From Candidatus Odinarchaeota archaeon (GTDB taxonomy: Archaea > Asgardarchaeota > Odinarchaeia > Odinarchaeales > Odinarchaeaceae): a DNA stretch of 10,918 nt. Under the pieces are notes generated by a model. It had not been told where the DNA came from. It saw only the letters and a list, made by a program, of their open reading frames with translations, and ran no database searches. A program made the translations under genes and the position numbers. This document shows, one piece after another, positions 1 to 6,670 of the stretch. Numbering within the stretch: the first letter of the stretch is position 1; each line of letters begins with the position of its first letter. The stretch lies in NCBI GenBank assembly GCA_038826135.1, contig JAWBON010000037.1:1-10918 (forward strand), written 5' to 3'.

Positions 1-168
1 TTGGCACGCCGGGCAAATTGCAGGGGCCGGCGCAAGTATGCGGGGCGACGGCTTGCTTTTTCCAATCCTGGCTGTTTTCATAATGTACGTCTTGTCGCCT
101 CGTTTGACTAGGCGTTTTTGGTCGGCTTGTGCAACTGCCTCGACTGCATCATCTGGCGCTTGGTCCAT
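1..168 (-). CDS. Partial hypothetical ORF on a compositionally foreign segment (MDQAPDDAVEAVAQADQKRLVKRGDKTYIMKTARIGKSKPSPRILAPAPAICPACQ...), runs off the window start; ends in a CxxC motif
   Basis: Manual reverse-complement translation is stop-free from 168 to 1 (56 codons), with natural-looking charged composition and CPAC at the edge. Bases 1-170 are 56% GC (95/170). There is no SD before ATG168 and the frame stays open into the junction, so the 5' end may also be truncated. Confidence 0.4.
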   Translation of the reverse strand, partial: MDQAPDDAVEAVAQADQKRLVKRGDKTYIMKTARIGKSKPSPRILAPAPAICPACQ

Positions 169-178
169 CTTTGAATCT

Positions 179-925
179 TTTAAAGATAGGGAGGTGTCAA
201 GTAAAGTAACACCAGGCCAGTTTATCATGGTTTGGATACCTGGATTAGACGAAGTGCCTATGGGTTTGTCGCATATAGGTGTTGGAAGCACACTCTCTAT
301 AACTGTTGAAGCGGTCGGAGATGCGACTGAAAAACTTTGCGCTCTTAGAGAAGGGGATTTTATAGGTATCCGCGGCCCCTATGGGAGAGGTTTTTCCCCA
401 CCTGGGTTAAGTAACCTTATCATAGGCGGGGGCTGCGGTATGGCTCCACTGATCCCCATGGTTGAGCGCGCTATCCTGGAGAAGAGGAGAGTCCGGGTTC
501 TACTCGGAGGCAAAAGCTTGAGTAAAACTCCTTTTGTAAAATTTTTGAATAATGTTTTTGAACATAATCCCGAGGATCTTATAATAAGCACAGAGGACGG
601 CTCGTCTGGTCATAAAGGATTTGTAACTGATTTACTAGATAACACGGTTTCAAAAACTCGTTTTGACAGAGTTTACGCCTGCGGCCCGGAGTTAATGCTT
701 AGAAAAATATACGATTACTCTATTGCAAAAAAGCTACCGCTAGAAGTTAGCTTGGAAAGATATATTAAATGCGGGGTTGGTGTTTGCGGGAGCTGTTACC
801 TGGGGCCTTATCGAATATGCGTGGAGGGCCCTGTTTTTAAAATAAACGAATTAGAACCGGTAAAAAACATATTTGGCAAATATACCCGTGACGCATCTGG
901 TAAAATAATAAAATTGGAGAAATAG
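179..925 (+). CDS. pyrK: Dihydroorotate dehydrogenase electron transfer subunit (FAD/[2Fe-2S]), 5'-truncated
   Basis: PGQFIMVWIPG, RGPYG, IGGGCGMAP (NAD-binding), ACGPELM, ERYIKCGVGVCGSC...C..GPVF 2Fe-2S motif and archaeal-type GKYTRDASG tail. Resemblance starts at about F48 of the 38..925 ORF (nt 179); the first ~47 aa of the track ORF are not PyrK-like. Confidence 0.85.
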   Translation, partial: FKDREVSSKVTPGQFIMVWIPGLDEVPMGLSHIGVGSTLSITVEAVGDATEKLCALREGDFIGIRGPYGRGFSPPGLSNLIIGGGCGMAPLIPMVERAILEKRRVRVLLGGKSLSKTPFVKFLNNVFEHNPEDLIISTEDGSSGHKGFVTDLLDNTVSKTRFDRVYACGPELMLRKIYDYSIAKKLPLEVSLERYIKCGVGVCGSCYLGPYRICVEGPVFKINELEPVKNIFGKYTRDASGKIIKLEK

Positions 926-933
926 ACTGTTTC

Positions 934-1599
934 TTATAGAAAGTTTTCAGCGACCAGATAGCCTAATATCTCTCTGAGATCGTTACCGGACCAGTATCTT
1001 ATATGTGTTTTTATACTATCCTTCGGTTTAAACCCTAGTGGGAGAGAGACTTTCCTTAGCAGGCTAACATCATTAGCTCCATCGCAAACAGCTGCAGTTC
1101 TAGACATTGGGATATTAAGTGAATAAACTAGATATGCTAAAAGCTCTCCTTTAGATTCAGGTGTTAAACACAAACCGGAGACATCACCTGTTAATACACC
1201 GTTCTCAGTTTTTAATTTGTTTGCAAGTATTAAAGGTACACCAATTCTATGATTCGCTTCAAATATAACTTCAAAGAATCCGCCTGAGATAATCACCGGT
1301 AATATTTTACAGCGTTGAAGATAGTTAATAGTCTCTTTAGCCCCCGGTGTGATAGGTATTCGCTGACCGAGCTGCCTTAGAATATCAGCTCTTAAACCTT
1401 TTATCAAACTAACCCTTTTTAAAAGAGAAGACTTATAGTCTAACTCCCCCACCATCGCCTTACGGGTTATCTCACAAACCTCTTCTTCAACCCCAGCTAT
1501 CTTTGCAAGCTCGTCAATAATCTCTATAGGAGTTAGAACAGAATCGAAGTCGAAGCAAACTAGCCCCCTAGGGGCGTATTCGATTGGCGATACCACCAA
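934..1599 (-). CDS. serB: Phosphoserine phosphatase (HAD family)
   Basis: Motif I FDFDSVL..EIIDELAK, EIT.KAM.GELDY..SL..RV.L..GL cap, motif II ISGGF, SKG lysine, motif IV DGAND. Start is TTG1599 or GTG1596. Confidence 0.88.
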   Translation of the reverse strand: MVVSPIEYAPRGLVCFDFDSVLTPIEIIDELAKIAGVEEEVCEITRKAMVGELDYKSSLLKRVSLIKGLRADILRQLGQRIPITPGAKETINYLQRCKILPVIISGGFFEVIFEANHRIGVPLILANKLKTENGVLTGDVSGLCLTPESKGELLAYLVYSLNIPMSRTAAVCDGANDVSLLRKVSLPLGFKPKDSIKTHIRYWSGNDLREILGYLVAENFL

Positions 1600-1718
1600 T
1601 CCTTAAGAAAATTAGCTTCAAATTTTTCGAACAGCATGGAATACACCTCTAAGCTGACAACCACATAAATATTAAAAAACAGTATTTAACTTTATCGGTG
1701 GATTCGGTGTTTATTTAA

Positions 1719-1740
1719 ATTATAAAAACAGTTTTATAAT
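1719..1740. promoter_or_regulatory. Perfect 9-bp inverted repeat (ATTATAAAA-acag-TTTTATAAT) in the divergent serB/reductase spacer; candidate bidirectional TATA and/or operator
   Basis: Read directly from the sequence. Each arm contains a TTATAAAA TATA-like box pointing at one of the two divergent genes. Confidence 0.45.
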
Positions 1741-1806
1741 CTAATACTTATTAGAAACTGGATAATCCAATAGATTAACATAACCTGATTATTATGGTGG
1801 TCAATT

Positions 1807-3186
1807 TTGTCTGAGAAATTTGATGTCGTTGTGGTGGGGGGTGGTTCGGGGTTAACTATTGTTCAGAGAGCTCTCAACGAGAAAATGCGAGTCGCCTTAA
1901 TCGAGATGGGGCCTCTTGGTGGAACATGTCTTAACAGGGGTTGCATACCAACTAAACTCTTAATTTACCCGGCGGATATAATCAGACTTATAGAACAGTG
2001 TAGGGAACTAGGAGTTTATGCGAGAGTAGAGAAACTTGATATTAATAAAATATTTGGTAGAATGCGTAAGATCGTCTCAGCGAGCGCGGAGGAATTAGCT
2101 AAAACAGCGGGGAAGACGCCAAACCTTAAATGGTTTAAGAGTGTCGGCGAGTTTGTAGACGATTACACAATTAAAGTTGGTGATAAAACAGTCACTGGAG
2201 AACGGTTCTTCATAGTATCAGGTAGCAGACCGTATATCCCACATATAGAGGGAATAGAGAAAGTAGGGTACCATACTAGTGATACAATATTAAACATTAA
2301 AAGAATACCTGAAAACATGATAATTATCGGCGGTGGATATGTGGCAGCTGAATACGGGCATTTCTTCTCATCTATGGGATGTAAAGTCACTGTAATTCAT
2401 AAAGGGCCTAAAATCCTACACTACCTTGACAATGACATATCAGATGTTTTCAACAAGGAGTTTTCCAAAAAGGTTAATGTTCTAACTTTTCGAGAGGCTG
2501 TTAAAATATTTCAGAGCAATGGATTGAAAAACGTGACTGTAATCAACCTTAAGACAAACAGGGAGGAAACATACAGTGCGGAGGAGGTTTTAATAGCTAC
2601 AGGTAGGCGTTCAAACTCTGATCTTCTTAAACCGGAAGTGACTGGCGTGAAATTAACAGCTGAAGGATACATTGAAGTTAATGAATATCTTGAGACTAGT
2701 AAAGAACGTATTTGGGCTGCTGGTGACGCTATAGGCAAATACATGTTCAAACACGTCGCTAATTATGAGGTTGAAATTGCTTGGCATAATTCCCAGAACA
2801 AGGAGAAAATTAAAGTCGATTACACCGCTATACCCTCCGCTGTTTTTTCAAACCCGCAGATCGCACAGGTTGGTTTAACAGCTGAAGAGGCTAAGGCTGA
2901 AGGGTTAAATATATTAATCGGACATTATCATTTCCGAGATGTGGCTATGGGTGAAGTGATGGGGTCACCTAACGGTTTGGTTAAAGTAGTTTTAAACAGA
3001 GAGGACGGCAAGATACTCGGATGCCAGATAACTGGACCCCACGCTTCAATACTGATACAGGAAGTCATCAACGTGATGAATTGCGCGCATAACAGTGTAT
3101 ATAATATTCTTAGAGCACAACATATTCACCCAGCTCTGCCAGAGGTTGTGCAGCGAGCTTGCGCTAATCTTCACACGGTCAACTAA
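1807..3186 (+). CDS. Class I pyridine nucleotide-disulfide oxidoreductase (dihydrolipoamide dehydrogenase / mycothione reductase-like)
   Basis: FAD motif VVVGGGSG, redox CXXXXC in GGTCLNRGCIPTK, IIIGGGYVAAE, ATGR.SN, AAGD, KHVAN, C-terminal IHPALPE His-Glu dyad. TTG start with GGTGGT 5 nt upstream. Confidence 0.9.
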   Translation: MSEKFDVVVVGGGSGLTIVQRALNEKMRVALIEMGPLGGTCLNRGCIPTKLLIYPADIIRLIEQCRELGVYARVEKLDINKIFGRMRKIVSASAEELAKTAGKTPNLKWFKSVGEFVDDYTIKVGDKTVTGERFFIVSGSRPYIPHIEGIEKVGYHTSDTILNIKRIPENMIIIGGGYVAAEYGHFFSSMGCKVTVIHKGPKILHYLDNDISDVFNKEFSKKVNVLTFREAVKIFQSNGLKNVTVINLKTNREETYSAEEVLIATGRRSNSDLLKPEVTGVKLTAEGYIEVNEYLETSKERIWAAGDAIGKYMFKHVANYEVEIAWHNSQNKEKIKVDYTAIPSAVFSNPQIAQVGLTAEEAKAEGLNILIGHYHFRDVAMGEVMGSPNGLVKVVLNREDGKILGCQITGPHASILIQEVINVMNCAHNSVYNILRAQHIHPALPEVVQRACANLHTVN

Positions 3187-3236
3187 ACAAGTAAAGCTTC
3201 CTGTTACCTCTCTTAAATTACAGGTGAAAAAATCTA

Positions 3237-3253
3237 ATAAAAAGATTATATAC
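3237..3253 (+). promoter_or_regulatory. Putative archaeal BRE+TATA promoter for sufC-sufB
   Basis: Purine-rich AATAAAAAGA followed by TTATATAC about 30-40 nt before ATG3285; GGTGA SD at 3276-3280. Confidence 0.5.
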
Positions 3254-3284
3254 TAGAATCCGTTTTATTGGATAGGGTGAACTA

Positions 3285-4064
3285 ATGAATCGGGAATATA
3301 TTCTCTCACTATTAGATTTACACGTCAGCGCCGGTACCACGCCGATTCTTAAAGGCGTTTCATTAAATTTTGAGAAAAATCGAGTTCACGCGATAGTTGG
3401 CCCTAACGGGTCTGGTAAATCCACTATCGCAAAAGCTATTATGGGTTTCCCAGACTATAAAATCACCCAAGGCGACATATTATATAATGGACAATCTATC
3501 CTTAACAAAACTATTACGGAAAGGGCTAGAATGGGTATAGCTTTAGCTTTTCAAAACCCTCCTGTTATAAAAGGTGTTAAATTAGATAAGTTTATTTGCA
3601 TGATATGTCAGAACTGCAGAGGATTAACCGAGAACAGAAGTGGAAAACATCTGGGAGTTGTGGATAAGTGTTCACCCGACTTAAGCGACGGGTTTAGAAA
3701 ACTTTTAATAGAAAACTTAAAAGACCGGGATATTAATGACGGCTTCTCAGGGGGGGAGATTCGACGGAGCGAGCTTTTCCAGGTGATAAGTTTGAAGCCT
3801 GAGGTTATGATACTTGACGAGCCTGACTCAGGTTTAGATTACGACTCTCTTAAATTAGTAGGCCGCGAGCTTAAAGAGATAAGAGACGCGGGTAAAACAA
3901 CTATGATTATTATCACCCATTCAAGATATATTTTAGAGTATCTTGAAGCGGACCGGGTGTTTATCATCGATAAAGGTAAAAAAGTTTTTGACGGAGATAA
4001 AAGCATTTTACCCCAGCTTGAAGAACTAGGCTACAGGGAGTTTTTAAACAGGAATATATCATAG
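3285..4064 (+). CDS. sufC: Fe-S cluster assembly ABC ATPase SufC (SmsC-type)
   Basis: Walker A GPNGSGKST, Q-loop LAFQNP, signature NDGFSGGE, Walker B/D-loop ILDEPDSGLD, H-loop ITH; directly upstream of a SufB-family gene. Confidence 0.92.
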   Translation: MNREYILSLLDLHVSAGTTPILKGVSLNFEKNRVHAIVGPNGSGKSTIAKAIMGFPDYKITQGDILYNGQSILNKTITERARMGIALAFQNPPVIKGVKLDKFICMICQNCRGLTENRSGKHLGVVDKCSPDLSDGFRKLLIENLKDRDINDGFSGGEIRRSELFQVISLKPEVMILDEPDSGLDYDSLKLVGRELKEIRDAGKTTMIIITHSRYILEYLEADRVFIIDKGKKVFDGDKSILPQLEELGYREFLNRNIS

Positions 4065-4073
4065 GTGATTATT

Positions 4074-5291
4074 TTGGATGAGAAGAAAGAGCTGGCTGTT
4101 AAAGCGAAGAATAAAAAATCACTGCTCGGCGCGGACATAGACTTAGACAGTTTTAAAGGAGTTGACGAAAATCCTCCTAACAGGTACAGTATGAGAGAAT
4201 TAGCTGCAGAAGAGCGGGGCTTACTGGAAAATGTAGGCATTCAACCAGTGGAGGGTGAGACAGCTGGCTCCTATATTCAAGTAGACCAGAATAAGGTTAT
4301 ATACGATTCTTTAACACAAACAGCTGAGATCCTCCCTATTAAGGAGGCTATTAGAAAATACAGTTGGATAAAAGACTACTATTGGGCTGCTGTTAACGTG
4401 GACACGGATAAGTATACTTCAGCTGTTGAATTAGAGTTGCATAATGGATACTTTATAAGAGCCAAGAAAGATCAGAGAATACCTCAACCAATCCAAGCCT
4501 GTATGATGCTTAAATCCGCTAATATAAAACAGAATATTCATAATATAGTGATAGCTGAGGAAGGCTCTGAAATACACTTAGTAACCGGGTGTGTTTCACC
4601 AAACATACTTGAACCGGCACTCCACTTAGGTATAACTGAATTCTACGTGAAAAAAAACGCTAAACTAACATTCACTATGATACACCGCTGGGGTAAGAGA
4701 ACATTGGTAAGACCCCGCTCAGCTGCAATAGTAGAGGAGGGGGGAATATTCGTAAATAATTATATTATATTAGGTCCTGTCGGAGACCTGCAAACATATC
4801 CAACCGTCTACCTTAAAGGTAAAAATTCTAAGGCGGAGTTATATTCTGTCATCTACGGGACTGAGAACTCCGTGTACGATGTCGGAGGAAGGATTATACT
4901 TGAAGCAGAGGGGGCTAGCGGCAAGGTTGTTTCAAGAACTATAGGTACAGAGGAATCCATCATATATGCGAGAGGGCAACTTATAGGTAATCATGCGGGT
5001 TCAAGAGCGCATCTTGAATGTAACGGTCTACTTTTAAGCGATAAAGCCCGTCTGGTAGCTATCCCAGAGCTTGAAGCTCAAACTACAGGTGTGGAGTTAA
5101 GCCATGAAGCCACTATAGGTAAAATAGAGCAGGAGCAGTTAACTTATCTTATGAGCAGAGGGCTTTCAGAAGAGGAGGCGAACGCCCTGATAGTCAGAGG
5201 GTTTATGACAATTAGTGTTCCGGATCTCCCACAAACACTGCAGAAAACAGTGGATTACACTATTCGGTTAACTAAACTAGGCGGCTTCTAG
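4074..5291 (+). CDS. sufB: SufB/SufD-family Fe-S scaffold protein (SmsB-type)
   Basis: GYFIRA, P..ACM, Q.IHNIVIAEEGS..H.V.GC, HLECNGLLL, IPEL and SHEATIGKI..EQL.YLMSRGLSEEEA..LIVRGF motifs. The GTG4065 of the track is part of the GGTGA SD, so TTG4074 (5-nt spacing) is preferred. Confidence 0.9.
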   Translation: MDEKKELAVKAKNKKSLLGADIDLDSFKGVDENPPNRYSMRELAAEERGLLENVGIQPVEGETAGSYIQVDQNKVIYDSLTQTAEILPIKEAIRKYSWIKDYYWAAVNVDTDKYTSAVELELHNGYFIRAKKDQRIPQPIQACMMLKSANIKQNIHNIVIAEEGSEIHLVTGCVSPNILEPALHLGITEFYVKKNAKLTFTMIHRWGKRTLVRPRSAAIVEEGGIFVNNYIILGPVGDLQTYPTVYLKGKNSKAELYSVIYGTENSVYDVGGRIILEAEGASGKVVSRTIGTEESIIYARGQLIGNHAGSRAHLECNGLLLSDKARLVAIPELEAQTTGVELSHEATIGKIEQEQLTYLMSRGLSEEEANALIVRGFMTISVPDLPQTLQKTVDYTIRLTKLGGF

Positions 5292-5380
5292 ACGATGAAT
5301 TCTTTAACCTTACCAGTTAAAGCTTTAAAATAAAGGCTTAATATGGTAAATGAGATTACAACACATTTTTCAAGGTTAAT

Positions 5381-5746
5381 TTACGAGGCAACTATATTGT
5401 AAACACCTATTATTAGAACTATAGCACCTATTAAAGCTAAAAATATAAATTCAAAAAATAAACCTAGCAGGAAGGTTAAAGCACCTGAACCGAGATATAT
5501 TAAATTTTGAAGTGAAAAACGCGGTTTAATTCTATAACAATTTCTACACAAATATCGAGAGGTTTCAACACTCATACTATTTAATAATTCTTTAACCCTC
5601 TTATATCGTTGAGAAAAACTCAAGCCTCCGTTAACATCATCATCTACTCTTACACTACATAACTCGCAGACAGGCCGCCCACACCTACTACAGTAACCTA
5701 TAATTAACTTACTAGGATGATAAGGACAGGTGGTCTCAGATCTCAT
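5381..5746 (-). CDS. Hypothetical membrane protein with N-terminal B-box-like zinc finger
   Basis: C-x2-H-x8-C-x2-C-x4-C-x2-C-x36-C-x2-C, then a ~40-aa hydrophobic C-terminus (probably two TM helices). SD GGGGA 6 nt before ATG; 3 nt downstream of the CDF stop. Confidence 0.75.
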   Translation of the reverse strand: MRSETTCPYHPSKLIIGYCSRCGRPVCELCSVRVDDDVNGGLSFSQRYKRVKELLNSMSVETSRYLCRNCYRIKPRFSLQNLIYLGSGALTFLLGLFFEFIFLALIGAIVLIIGVYNIVAS

Positions 5747-5749
5747 ACA

Positions 5750-6631
5750 CTATCCCCGTTTAACACCGCGCTCAAAAAACGGTTCAATATGCACTGTAAC
5801 ATCTTTTATAAAAGGGAAGGCTTGCTTCAAGTTCTCCTCCACTTCAACCGAAATACTATGACCCTCCTCCACAGATAGTTTACTGTCAACTATCACGTGA
5901 AGGTCGATAAAACACTCTGTATCAGTCCCCCGGCTTCTAATTTTATGAACACCTCTAACACCTTGCACATTATAAACTACTTTTTTTATCAAGTCGGAAG
6001 GGATGACTAAAGAATCGGTTAACGCACCAGACATTTTCGAGATTATTGAAAAACCTGTGTAGAATATTACTAAAGCTATTAATATAGAGATTACCGGATC
6101 AAATAAAGGATAACCTAAGATTATTAGAATGAAGCTGACAATCACACTTAAAGAAACATATATATCGGTATTAGTGTGAAGTGAATCAGCTACTAATATA
6201 CTGCTTTTTAATTTAATCCCTTTATTTTTCTCAAATCTTGAAACAAATATATTTATGGAAATAGTTACCAGCATAACAATCCAGTTAAGCAGAGTTATTT
6301 CAGGCGTTACTGGATTAATAAACCGGCTGATAGCTCCTTGAAAAACTTCAAACCCGGTTATAACTAGTAGAAACGCTATTGACAAAGTAGCTAGAGAAAC
6401 GTATTTTGTGTGCCCGTAAGGGTGTCCTTCATCCGGTTTCCTCCTAGCTATATTGATCCCTATTAAACCTATTATATTAGAGGAGGCGTCAAGTAATGAG
6501 TGCAGTGAGTCAGATATCATACTAAGCGAGTTGGATAAAAATCCAACAAACATTTTACCAACCACTACAACTATGTTCAGAACCAGCACATATACCAGGA
6601 TACGATGTACCATACCATAGTTGCTTTCCAA
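5750..6631 (-). CDS. Cation diffusion facilitator (FieF/CzcD-like) metal exporter
   Basis: TM2 DSLHSLLD and TM5 ADSLHTNTD (H-D/H-D site A), PD..HPYGH.KY loop, C-terminal cytoplasmic domain HKIRSRG...DLHV.VD...GH.I...VE...V.VHIEP. Start is probably TTG6631 (GGTGA + 5 nt) rather than the track's GTG6640. Confidence 0.92.
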   Translation of the reverse strand: MESNYGMVHRILVYVLVLNIVVVVGKMFVGFLSNSLSMISDSLHSLLDASSNIIGLIGINIARRKPDEGHPYGHTKYVSLATLSIAFLLVITGFEVFQGAISRFINPVTPEITLLNWIVMLVTISINIFVSRFEKNKGIKLKSSILVADSLHTNTDIYVSLSVIVSFILIILGYPLFDPVISILIALVIFYTGFSIISKMSGALTDSLVIPSDLIKKVVYNVQGVRGVHKIRSRGTDTECFIDLHVIVDSKLSVEEGHSISVEVEENLKQAFPFIKDVTVHIEPFFERGVKRG

Positions 6632-6670
6632 TGCATTCACCGTTAAATATTTAGATAAGGGTTCTGAAAG

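Noticed and set aside
38-178. Hydrophobic N-terminal extension (possible signal/TM anchor) on PyrK
   Set aside because: It lies on the GC-rich foreign segment, whose minus strand reads as the more protein-like frame; most likely a fortuitous in-frame fusion.
379-591. 70-aa minus-strand ORF
   Set aside because: Antisense shadow of pyrK with no motifs.
2163-2750. Two minus-strand ORFs (75 and 79 aa)
   Set aside because: Antisense shadows inside the well-supported reductase gene.
1807-3186. Mercuric reductase (MerA) identity
   Set aside because: No C-terminal vicinal Cys-Cys pair (ends QRACANLHTVN), no HMA domain and no mer genes nearby.
4031-4240. 69-aa minus-strand ORF
   Set aside because: Shadow across the sufC/sufB junction.
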